From positions 1 to 37,975 of the forward strand of contig JBFKDW010000021.1 of NCBI GenBank assembly GCA_041619515.1: 37,975 nucleotides of DNA, in the 5' to 3' direction. The translations under genes were made by a program, and so were the position numbers. Below are positions 16,772-26,145 of this stretch, piece after piece (the first letter of the stretch is position 1; each line of letters begins with the position of its first letter). The notes under the pieces are model-generated. The model was not told the DNA's origin and did no database searches. It was given only the letters and a program-made list of their open reading frames with translations. The stretch is from Acidimicrobiia bacterium. GTDB taxonomy: Bacteria; Actinomycetota; Acidimicrobiia; Spongiisociales; SHLN01.

Positions 16772-18163
16772 ATGAAACGACTCACCATCGCCGCCCTCCT
16801 TCTGGTGGCAGGCGCCTGCGGTTCGCTCGATACCGGCCTGCCGGGGACCACCCACATCGACGGGCCGGGGCTCACCACCACCACGATTCCCAGGGCCGGC
16901 CAGCTCGATCTCCTGACCGCAGCGAAGCTGCTGTGGGACGCCAACCGGCCCGACGCCTACGAGATGACCTACGAGCTGGCGTGCGAGTGCGACCAGGGCC
17001 CCTGGTTCGTGCGGGTCGAAGGATCTGTAACCGTCGTCGCCCGCCGGGTGGGGCTGGGACCGGATCCGGGTGTCCCGTACCACTCGGTCGACGAGATCTT
17101 CGACTCGATCCGCGCCACCATCGACGCAGGAGATTTCCCGGTGGACGTCGAGTACGACGCCGAGTACGGCTATCCCCGCTCATACATCTTCAATGAGCCC
17201 GAATTGCCGGTCGACGGCGGATTCGTCCTCACCGTTCGGGAGTTCGTTGCAGAGCCCCCGCCCGGGGACCCACAACAACGAGAGGCCTTCGTGGCGGCGC
17301 TGTCGCGCTGGGAGGACAACGGCTCGCCCAACTACGACTACACCTTCACCCGGGGCTGTTTTTGCCCGGAAGAGCACAGGGGCCCGTACTCGGTAACGGT
17401 GCGTTCGGACGAAGTGGTTTCCGCCTCCTTCCGGGGGATCGACCTCTTCGACATCCAATCCCTCGAGATCGGCCGCTACGACGAGATCGTCAAGACCGTG
17501 TACGGATTGTTCGCCGAAATCGAACGGGCACTGCGCGAAGCCGACAGCTTCACCGTCGCATACCACCCGGAGCTGGGATACCCGACCGACGTGTATATCG
17601 ATTGGATCTCAAACGCCGCCGACGACGAGGTGAGCTACACCATCGCCGGCCTGCGAGACCCGTCGGACTACCCGGAGACATGTTCGACCGGCATCTGGGA
17701 CATCGAACTGACCGTCCAGCCCGGCCTCCCCGAGCCGGTGGCCAACACCCGCAAGGCGCTTTTTGCAGCTGCGATGACCTGTGACTTTGCAGGCCTGGTG
17801 GATCTTGCGGAGGCAGGCGGTCGGCCGTTCGAAACAACGTTCGGGGGGTCCGGTCCCGAGATCTTTTGGGAGGGCGAGGGGCGGGGTGAGCCGATTCTGC
17901 GCACCCTCGTCGAACATCTCAACCTCCCCTATGCCGAGTCCGTGGACGGGGCGGGTGCCACCTACTACGCGTGGCCGTCCGCTTTCGTCAACCTCACCTC
18001 GCCTTACGGTGACGGGATCAGCTCAGACGACTACGAAGCGCTCCTGGAGCTCTATCCGGTCGAGGAGCTCGAATACATGTTCGAGCAGATCGGCGGTTTC
18101 ACCGGCTGGCGCCACATCATCGCCCCGGACGGGGAATGGCTCTACTTCATCGCGGGCGACTGA
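16772..18163 (+). CDS. Lipoprotein with two DUF6174-like domains and an uncharacterised C-terminal domain
   Basis: Lipobox LLLVAGA-C; two repeats of W..N.P..Y..T....C.C.....P..V.V....V..LF..I......V.Y..E.GYP; C-terminal LPEPVANTR...YYAWP...GWRHIIAPDGEWLYFIAGD. Confidence 0.8.
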   Translation: MKRLTIAALLLVAGACGSLDTGLPGTTHIDGPGLTTTTIPRAGQLDLLTAAKLLWDANRPDAYEMTYELACECDQGPWFVRVEGSVTVVARRVGLGPDPGVPYHSVDEIFDSIRATIDAGDFPVDVEYDAEYGYPRSYIFNEPELPVDGGFVLTVREFVAEPPPGDPQQREAFVAALSRWEDNGSPNYDYTFTRGCFCPEEHRGPYSVTVRSDEVVSASFRGIDLFDIQSLEIGRYDEIVKTVYGLFAEIERALREADSFTVAYHPELGYPTDVYIDWISNAADDEVSYTIAGLRDPSDYPETCSTGIWDIELTVQPGLPEPVANTRKALFAAAMTCDFAGLVDLAEAGGRPFETTFGGSGPEIFWEGEGRGEPILRTLVEHLNLPYAESVDGAGATYYAWPSAFVNLTSPYGDGISSDDYEALLELYPVEELEYMFEQIGGFTGWRHIIAPDGEWLYFIAGD

Positions 18164-18243
18164 CGCCCCGACCTCCGCCGATGGAAGCATGCACGCTCGA
18201 CAGCCCCACCTCCAACACCTGCCAGCCGCCCTTGATCCTGCAG

Positions 18244-18561
18244 CTACCGCCGATGGAATAGGCCGCGCTTAGAAGCGCCCACTATGCGGACTTTGGGATA
18301 GAACGCCACGTGGTCGCGGATTTCCGAGGCCTGTTCGCTGGGATCCCGGTACGTCCAGGCAACAGCCGTCTCCCGCTCTCCCTCGACCGCAACATCGAAA
18401 TAGCTGGCGACGCCCTTCCACGGGCAGGTCGTGTTGTAGGCGACGGTCTCCGAGAAGAACTCGGCCTTTAGGGAATCGGGCGGGAAGTAGTGATTCCCCT
18501 CAACGATTACGGTCTCTTCGGCGTCGGCGATGACGACGCCATTGAACACAGCCTGGGGCAT
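18244..18561 (-). CDS. DUF427 (NTP_transf_9) domain protein
   Basis: AVFNGVVIADAEET...VEGNHYFPPDSL...TTCPWKGVASYF...AWTYRDP...IRDHVAFY; AGGAG upstream of ATG 18561. Confidence 0.92.
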   Translation of the reverse strand: MPQAVFNGVVIADAEETVIVEGNHYFPPDSLKAEFFSETVAYNTTCPWKGVASYFDVAVEGERETAVAWTYRDPSEQASEIRDHVAFYPKVRIVGASKRGLFHRR

Positions 18562-18593
18562 GAATCTTCTCCTGGTCGCATGGCTCATGTCTG

Positions 18594-18620
18594 CAACAAC
18601 CAACCGGCCGGGATCGTTCC
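18594..18620 (-). promoter_or_regulatory. SigH/SigR-type promoter of the DUF427 gene
   Basis: Minus strand GGAAC (18620-18616)-N18-GTTG (18597-18594), matching GGAAY-N18-GTT. Confidence 0.55.
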
Positions 18621-18678
18621 CTTGACCGCGGCCGATCGGTCGCTCTACCGGAAGGACCAGAATCGGTCTTGACCGGAG

Positions 18679-19056
18679 TTACCTGCCGGTGTTTTCCGCG
18701 ATTTGGCGCAGGAGCGTGATGTCCTCCGGAGGCGGAGCGGGCTCCGCCGCGCCGGTTTCCACAGCTGCCTGGTACTTCTTGTACGGCTTCACGATGAAGA
18801 AAAACACGCCAGCCGCGACGGCAGCGAACGTCACGAGCGCCGTGATGAAAGAGCCGAAGCGAATTATCGAGCCATTGATGGCGGGGTCGAGAACGTCATC
18901 GAAACTCGGCTGACCGAAGACGATCCCGACGAGCGGCATGACGACGTGGTCCACCAATGCCTTGACGACCGCCCCAAAAGCACCCGCCATGACGAACGCC
19001 ACGGCGAGCTCTATGAGATTGCCCCCAAAGGCGAATTCCTTGAATTCTTTGAGCAC
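18679..19056 (-). CDS. mscL: Large-conductance mechanosensitive channel MscL
   Basis: MLKEFKEFAFGGNLIELAVAFVMAGAFGAVVKALVDHVVMP...FGSFITALVTF...EDITLLRQI; GAGGAGG RBS. Confidence 0.93.
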   Translation of the reverse strand: MLKEFKEFAFGGNLIELAVAFVMAGAFGAVVKALVDHVVMPLVGIVFGQPSFDDVLDPAINGSIIRFGSFITALVTFAAVAAGVFFFIVKPYKKYQAAVETGAAEPAPPPEDITLLRQIAENTGR

Positions 19057-19185
19057 ACATCCTCCTCGATGCTGGTCGAACTCGTAATGCTAGGAATACG
19101 ACACTCAGCCGTGCAACTAGTTTCGCGTTCTCACGAATATGTCCAAGAAGCTAAGCCGAATCAGCAGCCCGGGCGATAACAACCT

Positions 19186-20640
19186 GTGGACAACACAGCA
19201 GATCTGCGCGTGCTCCTCGGGTCGAGGCATCCTCTTTTGTTCGTCGAAGGCCGTGACGAAGAACGCTTCCTCGGGCTCCTGCGGGACGCCGCCTGGGATC
19301 TCGACCTGCCGGTGTGGACGTGGACGACCACGCGCGGCCTGGCCCGCGACGGCAAAGACCCCCAGTACGGAACCCGCCACCCGGCCAGGGCGCTCGAGTG
19401 GATCAAATACCTCGATCAGCCGGCGGTGTTCGTCTTCGCCGACATTCACCCTCACCTGGACGACCCCGGAGTCGTGCGGTCCATCAAGGAGCTCACCCAA
19501 TCGGCGCAGGCTGGCCAGACACTGGTCTTGACGTCACCGGAGCGAGTGGTGCCGGCGGAGCTCAACGGCCTGGCTCTCCCGTGGACACTCCGGCCCCCGG
19601 ACGAGGAGGAGCTCAACCGGTTGATCGGGCGGACCCTGGAAGATCTCGCCGAACGCCGGCTCTCGGTGCAGCTGAGCGATGACGAGATCGCCGGCCTGGT
19701 AGCGGCCGTGCGCGGCCTCAGCCTTCGCGAGGCCGAGAACCTCATTCAACAGGCGGCGTTTCGTGACGGGAGCCTGACGGGAGAGGACGTCGCCCAGGTT
19801 CGGCGAGCGAAAGCCGAATTGCTGTCGGCAGATGGCATCCTCGAGCTCGTCGAATCGGAGGTCGGCACCCTCGACGAGGTGGGCGGGCTGAGCGGTCTCA
19901 AGGAGTGGCTGCGGGTACGACGGGCCGCTCACGAGCGGGGCGGCATGCAGGCCGCTCGGGGGATCCTGCTCACCGGCATCCCGGGCTGCGGGAAGTCGTA
20001 TGTTGCCAAGACGCTTGCTCGCACCTGGGATCTGCCGCTCGTGCTGCTCGATCCGTCCCGGCTCTACCGCCCGTACATCGGCGAGACCGAGCAGCGTCTC
20101 CAGGAGTCGCTTCGCAGCATCGATGCGCTCGCCCCCGCCGTGCTCTGGATCGACGAGATCGAAAAGGGTTTCGCGGCGGGAGGGACGAGTGATTCCGGTG
20201 TCAGCCGGCGCCTGCTCGGATCCTTCCTGCACTGGATGCAGGAGCGAGAGCCCGGCGTGTTCCTGGTCGCCACCGCCAACGATGTCTCCCAGCTCCCACC
20301 CGAGCTGCTACGCAAGGGCCGCTTCGACGAGATCTTCTTCGTGGACCTCCCCGACGTGGCTGCTCGCCGGGACATCCTCGCTCTCCATCTCACCAAGCGC
20401 CACCTCGGGGTGTCTGAGCACGAATTGGAACGACTTGCCCGCAGCGCCGAAGGCTTCTCGGGCGCCGAAATCGAGGCTGCCGTCGTCGGAGCGATGTATC
20501 GGGCGTTTGCCGCCGAGAGCCCGGTCGCAGGATCCGACGTCGAAGCCGAGCTCGCCGCCACCGTGCCGCTCTCCGTCGCCCGGTCCGAGCAGGTGCTGGC
20601 GCTCCGGGAATGGGCGAGCGAGCGCGCCGTCGCCGCCTGA
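19186..20640 (+). CDS. AAA+ ATPase, Ycf46-like (degenerate N-terminal AAA module + active AAA module)
   Basis: VGGLSGLKEWL, Walker A GIPGCGKS, Walker B VLWIDEIEK, ATANDVSQLPPELLRKGRFDEIFFVDLP, GFSGAEIE, C-terminal VPLS...LREWA. Confidence 0.9.
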   Translation: MDNTADLRVLLGSRHPLLFVEGRDEERFLGLLRDAAWDLDLPVWTWTTTRGLARDGKDPQYGTRHPARALEWIKYLDQPAVFVFADIHPHLDDPGVVRSIKELTQSAQAGQTLVLTSPERVVPAELNGLALPWTLRPPDEEELNRLIGRTLEDLAERRLSVQLSDDEIAGLVAAVRGLSLREAENLIQQAAFRDGSLTGEDVAQVRRAKAELLSADGILELVESEVGTLDEVGGLSGLKEWLRVRRAAHERGGMQAARGILLTGIPGCGKSYVAKTLARTWDLPLVLLDPSRLYRPYIGETEQRLQESLRSIDALAPAVLWIDEIEKGFAAGGTSDSGVSRRLLGSFLHWMQEREPGVFLVATANDVSQLPPELLRKGRFDEIFFVDLPDVAARRDILALHLTKRHLGVSEHELERLARSAEGFSGAEIEAAVVGAMYRAFAAESPVAGSDVEAELAATVPLSVARSEQVLALREWASERAVAA

Positions 20641-20660
20641 CCGCCGCCGCCCAGACAGAA

Positions 20661-20681
20661 TTTGAGTCGCTTACGCTCAGA
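20661..20681 (+). promoter_or_regulatory. HAIR element (HspR operator) upstream of clpB
   Basis: TTTGAGT-CGCTTAC-GCTCAGA versus CTTGAGT-N7-ACTCAAG; clpB is an established HspR target in actinobacteria. Confidence 0.75.
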
Positions 20682-20687
20682 TTACAT

Positions 20688-20716
20688 GGAACAACTATGC
20701 TACGATTGCGGTTGAA
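20688..20716 (+). promoter_or_regulatory. SigH/SigR-type promoter of clpB
   Basis: GGAAC (20688-20692)-N18-GTTGAA (20711-20716), 6 nt before ATG 20723. Confidence 0.7.
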
Positions 20717-20722
20717 ATGGCC

Positions 20723-23296
20723 ATGGACATCAACCGATTCACGCAGAGATCACAGGAGGCGATCGTCGGGGCCCGCCAGGGCGCCGAGGCCTCCGACCAC
20801 CAGTACGTCGAGCCCCTGCACCTGCTCGAATCCCTGCTGGGACAAGCGGACGGGCTGGTCTTTCCCCTGCTGTCGCGGGCGGGCGGCAACCCGGCCCAAC
20901 TTCAACAGGCGGTGGAAGAGGCGCTCGGAACGCTCCCCAACGTCTACGGCGACACCGAGGTGTCGTTTTCGCCGGCCCTGGTCTCGGTTCTCGAGGCAGC
21001 CGACAAAGAGCGCCAGAACTTCGGCGACGACTACGTGTCGACCGAGCACCTGCTGCTTGCCCTGCTGGGGGCACGAGGAGACGCCGGGAGAATCCTGAGC
21101 GAGGCCGGCATCACCCGCGAGTCTCTGACCAGCGCCCTCACTGCGCTGCGGGGCAGCCGTCGGGTCACCACTCAGACTCCTGAATCCACATTCGACGCCC
21201 TCGGCCAATTCGGTCGCGACCTCGTTGAGCTGGCCGAAGCCGGTGAACTGGACCCGGTCATCGGACGCGACGACGAGATCCGGCGCGTGATTCAGGTGCT
21301 GTCACGCCGCCGCAAGAACAACCCCGTGCTCATCGGCGAGCCGGGCGTCGGCAAGACCGCCATCGTCGAAGGGCTGGCCCAGCGCATCGTCGACGGTGAC
21401 GTTCCGGAAGGGCTGAAAGACAAGCGCCTCATCGCGCTCGACCTTGGTGCGCTGGTGGCAGGAGCCAAATTCCGGGGCGAGTTCGAAGAGCGGCTCAAGG
21501 CCGTTCTCAGCGAGATCAAAGAGGCCGAGGGCCAGATCATCACCTTCATCGATGAGCTCCACACGGTGGTGGGTGCCGGAGCGGCCGAAGGGGCCATGGA
21601 TGCGTCCAACATGCTCAAGCCGATGCTCGCCCGGGGCGAATTGCGAATGGTGGGCGCCACCACCCTCGACGAATACCGCAAGCACATCGAGAAGGACGCC
21701 GCTCTCGAGCGCCGCTTCCAGCCGGTGCTGGTCGATGCTCCATCCGTCGGCGACACCATCGCCATCCTCAGGGGCCTGACCGAACGGTACGAGGTCCATC
21801 ACGGGGTCCGAATCACCGACCCAGCTCTCATCGCCGCCGCGGTGCTGTCCGACCGCTACATCACCGCCCGCGAGCTCCCCGACAAGGCCATCGACCTCAT
21901 CGATGAAGCCGGCAGCAAGCTGCGCATCGAGATCGATTCGATGCCGGAAGCCATCGACGACGTGACCCGCCGTCTCAAGCAGCTCGAGATCGAACGGGCC
22001 GCCCTCCAGAAAGAGTCGGACGATGCCTCGATCGAGCGGCTGGCCGGCCTGGAACGGGAGCTGTCGGAGCTGCGCGAGGAGGCCGACCGGCTGACCGCGC
22101 AGTGGGACCTCGAGAAGCAGGCCATCGACCGGCTTCGCGAGACCAAGCAGGCGATCGAGGAGGCGAGGGCCGCCGCCGAGCGGGCCGAGCGAGACGGCGA
22201 GCTCGAGCAGGCCGCCGAGCTGAGATACGGGACCCTGCCCGGATTGGAGAAGACGCTCCTCGAACAGGAGGCCGAGCTCACCGAGCTGCGGGGCGAGTCG
22301 CCCATGCTGAAGGAAGAAGTCGACGAAGAGGACATTGCCGAGGTAGTGGCGCGCTGGACCGGGATCCCGGTGAGCAAGCTCATGGAGGGGGAGCTGGAGA
22401 AGCTGATTCATCTCGAGGAGCACCTGCGGGCCCGGGTGGTGGGCCAGGACGATGCGGTCGGTGCCGTATCCAACGCGGTGCGGCGATCCAGAGCCGGCTT
22501 GTCAGACCCCGACCGTCCAATCGGCTCGTTCATCTTCCTGGGACCCACCGGGGTCGGCAAGACCGAGCTGGCCCGGGCACTCGCAGAGTTCCTGTTCGAC
22601 GACGAGCGGGCCATGGTCCGGGTCGACATGTCCGAGTACATGGAGAAGCATTCCGTCAGCCGGCTCATCGGAGCACCCCCCGGCTACGTCGGATACGACG
22701 AGGGCGGCCAGCTCACCGAATCGGTGCGGCGGCGTCCGTACTCGGTGGTGCTGCTGGACGAGATCGAGAAAGCACACCCGGACGTGTTCAACGTGCTCCT
22801 GCAGGTCCTCGACGACGGCCGGCTCACCGACGGCCAGGGGCGCACCGTCGACTTCACCAACACCGTGCTCATCATGACCTCCAACCTGGGCTCAGAGTTC
22901 ATCGATCCCGAGCTGCCCGAAAAGGTCGTGAGCGAGCGGGTCATGGGCGCCGTCACCGGCCACTTTCGTCCCGAGTTCCTCAACCGGGTCGACGAGATAC
23001 TCGTATTCCACCGGCTCAGCCGTGAGCACCTGGCCGAGATCGTGCAGATGCAGGCCGGGCACCTCCTCGGCCGCCTCGCCGAGAGGCGAATCACGCTGGA
23101 GATCTCACAATCTGCCGCCGATTGGCTGGCCCAGGAAGGGTACAGCCCGACATTTGGGGCGCGGCCGCTCAAGCGGCTGCTGCAAACGGCCGTCGCCGAC
23201 CCGCTGGCAATGTCCATCCTCGACGGTGAGTTCCGCGAGGGCGATCGGATCCTGGCGGACGCATCACCAGAAGGCATCGTGCTGCGAAAGCAGTAG
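20723..23296 (+). CDS. clpB: ATP-dependent disaggregase ClpB
   Basis: [34 protein letters not shown], coiled-coil M domain, [42 protein letters not shown]. Alternative start at 20717. Confidence 0.98.
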   Translation: MDINRFTQRSQEAIVGARQGAEASDHQYVEPLHLLESLLGQADGLVFPLLSRAGGNPAQLQQAVEEALGTLPNVYGDTEVSFSPALVSVLEAADKERQNFGDDYVSTEHLLLALLGARGDAGRILSEAGITRESLTSALTALRGSRRVTTQTPESTFDALGQFGRDLVELAEAGELDPVIGRDDEIRRVIQVLSRRRKNNPVLIGEPGVGKTAIVEGLAQRIVDGDVPEGLKDKRLIALDLGALVAGAKFRGEFEERLKAVLSEIKEAEGQIITFIDELHTVVGAGAAEGAMDASNMLKPMLARGELRMVGATTLDEYRKHIEKDAALERRFQPVLVDAPSVGDTIAILRGLTERYEVHHGVRITDPALIAAAVLSDRYITARELPDKAIDLIDEAGSKLRIEIDSMPEAIDDVTRRLKQLEIERAALQKESDDASIERLAGLERELSELREEADRLTAQWDLEKQAIDRLRETKQAIEEARAAAERAERDGELEQAAELRYGTLPGLEKTLLEQEAELTELRGESPMLKEEVDEEDIAEVVARWTGIPVSKLMEGELEKLIHLEEHLRARVVGQDDAVGAVSNAVRRSRAGLSDPDRPIGSFIFLGPTGVGKTELARALAEFLFDDERAMVRVDMSEYMEKHSVSRLIGAPPGYVGYDEGGQLTESVRRRPYSVVLLDEIEKAHPDVFNVLLQVLDDGRLTDGQGRTVDFTNTVLIMTSNLGSEFIDPELPEKVVSERVMGAVTGHFRPEFLNRVDEILVFHRLSREHLAEIVQMQAGHLLGRLAERRITLEISQSAADWLAQEGYSPTFGARPLKRLLQTAVADPLAMSILDGEFREGDRILADASPEGIVLRKQ

Positions 23297-23367
23297 CCTG
23301 TCACCCAACGCTGCCGGCGACGAACACGCAAGACGGCAGCAACACGAGGACACCAGAAGGGACGGTT

Positions 23368-23598
23368 TTGGAATTGGGCTTCTTTTTCTTCGGTTTTGGC
23401 CTCATCGCCCTGGCAGGGTTCGCCTTTTGGATCTGGAGCCTGGTTGACGCTATCCAGCGGCCCGATCCAGAATGGGAGCGGGCCGGACAGAACAAGCTGA
23501 TCTGGATCCTCGTGCTGGTCTTCGTCGGCTTCATCGGATCGTTCATCTACCTGCTGGTGGCCCGGCCACAACTCGAAGACGCCAAGCACGGCTTCTAG
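23368..23598 (+). CDS. Small membrane protein, PLDc_N (phospholipase D N-terminal)-like
   Basis: Two hydrophobic segments around WIWSLVDA...W...GQNKLIWILVLVFVGFIGSFIYLL. Confidence 0.8.
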   Translation: MELGFFFFGFGLIALAGFAFWIWSLVDAIQRPDPEWERAGQNKLIWILVLVFVGFIGSFIYLLVARPQLEDAKHGF

Positions 23599-23614
23599 CG
23601 CTCGGAGGAAACCT

Positions 23615-23845
23615 GTGAACCTCGGCGTATTGGAGCTGTTTGTCGGCGTCTTCGTCCTGATCGGGCTCGGGCTGTGGATCTGGGCGCTGGCCGATGCGCT
23701 TCCGCGCCGAGACGAACAGTGGGAACAGGCCGGCCAGAGCAAGCTCATCTGGATTCTCCTCCTCATCTTCCTGGGCGCGGTCGGCGCCATCATCTACTTC
23801 CTGGCGGCCCGCCCCGGGCTCGAACGGGCCAAGCGGGGCGCTTAG
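23615..23845 (+). CDS. Small membrane protein, PLDc_N-like (paralogue of preceding gene)
   Basis: WIWALADA...WEQAGQSKLIWILLLIFLGAVGAIIYFL; GGAGG RBS; same 76-aa length as its neighbour. Confidence 0.82.
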   Translation: MNLGVLELFVGVFVLIGLGLWIWALADALPRRDEQWEQAGQSKLIWILLLIFLGAVGAIIYFLAARPGLERAKRGA

Positions 23846-23958
23846 CCGCCTTTGGCCGGCTCCCCGGGGCCCGTAGCCGATTCTTCTCAGAAAGCACGCG
23901 ACTTTCGCGTTCTCTAGGGTGTCCAAGTCATGGCTAACAACAAGGAAGGAGCCACCCC

Positions 23959-24621
23959 ATGAGTTTTTGGGACACACTGCGCGAGCGCCTGGATCAGATC
24001 GGTGCCGACATCGGAAACTGGGTGCCGAAGATCATCGGTGCCCTGCTCATACTGTTCGTAGGACTGTTCATCGCCCGCATCGTGCGGCGCATCGTGAAGC
24101 GGATCCTCGAGAACGACGCCGTCGAAGGCGTGCTCGATAAGGCCGGAATCGGACCCGCCCTCCGAAACTCGGGGTACTCGGCGGCGAACCTTGGAGCAAC
24201 GCTCGTGTACGGCCTGCTGGCCGTCGTCGTCCTGTTGCTGGCCGCTACCGCCCTCGAGGTCGAGGCCCTCGTGGATCTGCTGGAGCGGCTCATCGCCTTC
24301 ATCCCGGTCGTGTTCATCGCCATCATCCTGGTGGTGGTGGCAGCCGCCATCGGCAGCTTCCTGGCCGACCTGGCGCGGCCGTGGGCGCAAACCCACGACA
24401 GCAACTGGGTTCCCACCGCCATCAGGTGGGGTGTGATCGTCTTCGCCCTGCTGACGGCGTTCGACCTGGTGGGAATCGGACAGGTGTCCGAGGATGTGCG
24501 CCGGGCCGTGCTGCTGGCCGTTGGGGTCGCATTCGCGGTGGCATTCGGAATCGGCGGAGTGGATACCGCCAAGAAGTGGTGGGCAAAGTACCTCAGCCCG
24601 CGAGATTCCTCGTCGATCTGA
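23959..24621 (+). CDS. CmpX-like membrane protein with MscS-type conserved TM-helix repeats
   Basis: WVPKIIGALLILFVGLFIARIVRRIV and FIPVVFIAIILVVVAAAIGSFL repeats; C-terminal AFAVAFGIGG; AAGGAAGGAG RBS. Confidence 0.8.
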   Translation: MSFWDTLRERLDQIGADIGNWVPKIIGALLILFVGLFIARIVRRIVKRILENDAVEGVLDKAGIGPALRNSGYSAANLGATLVYGLLAVVVLLLAATALEVEALVDLLERLIAFIPVVFIAIILVVVAAAIGSFLADLARPWAQTHDSNWVPTAIRWGVIVFALLTAFDLVGIGQVSEDVRRAVLLAVGVAFAVAFGIGGVDTAKKWWAKYLSPRDSSSI

Positions 24622-24636
24622 GCACCATCCATTGCG

Positions 24637-24665
24637 AGCAGGGCCCCGGCTTCCGGGGCCCTGCT
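24637..24665 (+). terminator. Strong GC hairpin after the CmpX-like gene (intrinsic terminator-like, no U tract)
   Basis: AGCAGGGCCCCGG-CTT-CCGGGGCCCTGCT, perfect 13-bp stem 15 nt after the stop. Confidence 0.65.
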
Positions 24666-24712
24666 GCGCGTCCCCGATGACGGGAGGGCACAGGCACCGG
24701 TAGGATGTTGAC

Positions 24713-25171
24713 ATGGAAATCGATATTGAGGCTTGGCGCTGGTTCTGGACCGTGCTGGCCGGGATCCTCGTCGTCGGCGAGATCTTCTCGCCGGGCTTCT
24801 TCCTGCTGCCGTTCGGCATCGGAGCGGGTGCGGCCGGCATCCTCGCCTGGGCCGACATAGGGAATCCGGGGATCCACTGGGCGGTGTTCCTGGTCGTCTC
24901 GGTGGGGTCGCTCCTCAGCCTCCGCCCGCTCATCCGCAAGCAGGACGAGGGAGAGCCGGACGCCGTCGGGGCCAATCGCTACCTGCGCAAGCGAGGCATC
25001 GTGCTCGAGGACATCGACATGCGCTCAGCGACCGGGATGGTTCGCATCGACACCGAAGAGTGGCGGGCGATCAGCGAAGGGGAGTCGATACCAGCCGGCA
25101 CGGAAGTGGTCGTGTCTGGAATTACCGGATCGCGGCTCGTCGTGCAGGCGATCGACCGCCAGTCAAACTAG
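24713..25171 (+). CDS. NfeD-family (short, C-terminal OB-fold) membrane protein
   Basis: WFW...GEIFSPGFFLLPFGIGA, GMVRIDTEEWRA...IPAGTEVVVSGITGSRLVV; adjacent to an SPFH gene. Confidence 0.9.
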   Translation: MEIDIEAWRWFWTVLAGILVVGEIFSPGFFLLPFGIGAGAAGILAWADIGNPGIHWAVFLVVSVGSLLSLRPLIRKQDEGEPDAVGANRYLRKRGIVLEDIDMRSATGMVRIDTEEWRAISEGESIPAGTEVVVSGITGSRLVVQAIDRQSN

Positions 25172-25180
25172 GGAGGTTCC

Positions 25181-26116
25181 GTGGGAGCTGCTGTAGCACT
25201 ACTCGCCATCATCGTTTTGGGATTGTTCGTGGTGGCGGCCACCGGGCTCAAGATCGTCAGGCCGTACGAGAAGGGCCTCGTCGAACGGCTCGGCAAGTAC
25301 CGCGAGACGCTGGATCCCGGCTTGCGCTGGATCATTCCCTTCGTCGAGCGCATCATCAAAGTCGACATGCGGGAACAGGTGGTCGACGTACCGCCGCAGG
25401 AAGTGATCACCAAGGACAACGTGGTGGTGACCGTCGACGCGGTTGTCTATTACCAGGCCACCGACCCGGTCAAGCTCAAGTACAACATCAACAACTTCAT
25501 CCAGGCGGCCACCAAGCTGGCTCAGACCAACCTGCGTAACCTCGTCGGAGACCTCCAGCTGGATGAAGCTCTGACGTCACGCGACATGATCAACACGGCG
25601 TTGCGGGAGATCCTCGACGACGCCACCGACATGTGGGGCACGAAGGTCATTCGCGTCGAGATCCAGCGGATCGAGCCGCCACCGGACGTCACCGACGCCA
25701 TGCACCGCCAGATGAAGGCGGAACGTGACCGCCGGGCACTCGTCACCGAGGCAGAAGGGGACAAGCGCTCGCGCATCCTCCAGGCCGAGGGTGTGCGCGA
25801 ATCCGCCATCCTCGAAGCGGAAGGGCGCGCCGAGGCCATCAAGAAGGTGGCAGACGCCCAGGCCTATGAGCGCGAGATCGTGGCCGAGGGCGAGGGCAAG
25901 GCGATCGAACGGGTATTCCGGGCCATTCACGAGGGCGACCCAACCCCCGACCTCATTGCCATCAAGTACCTGGAGGCACTCGCCCAGATTGCCGACGGCA
26001 AGGCGAGCAAGGTGTTCATCCCGCTCGAATCAGCTCGCATTCTTGGGAGCGTCGGCGCGGTCGCCGAGCTCTTCGGCACAGACGGCGACGGAAAGAGCCC
26101 CGACACTCCCGCCTGA
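25181..26116 (+). CDS. SPFH/band-7 (stomatin/QmcA-like) protein
   Basis: N-terminal [67 protein letters not shown]. Confidence 0.95.
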   Translation: MGAAVALLAIIVLGLFVVAATGLKIVRPYEKGLVERLGKYRETLDPGLRWIIPFVERIIKVDMREQVVDVPPQEVITKDNVVVTVDAVVYYQATDPVKLKYNINNFIQAATKLAQTNLRNLVGDLQLDEALTSRDMINTALREILDDATDMWGTKVIRVEIQRIEPPPDVTDAMHRQMKAERDRRALVTEAEGDKRSRILQAEGVRESAILEAEGRAEAIKKVADAQAYEREIVAEGEGKAIERVFRAIHEGDPTPDLIAIKYLEALAQIADGKASKVFIPLESARILGSVGAVAELFGTDGDGKSPDTPA

Positions 26117-26145
26117 TTCGGGCCCCCCGCCCCTAGGCTTATCCG

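Noticed and set aside
18175..18258. 12-bp direct repeat CCGCCGATGGAA (18175-18186, 18247-18258)
   Set aside because: Only two copies, one inside the DUF427 3' end; no CRISPR, att or IS context; could be chance or a tiny duplication scar.
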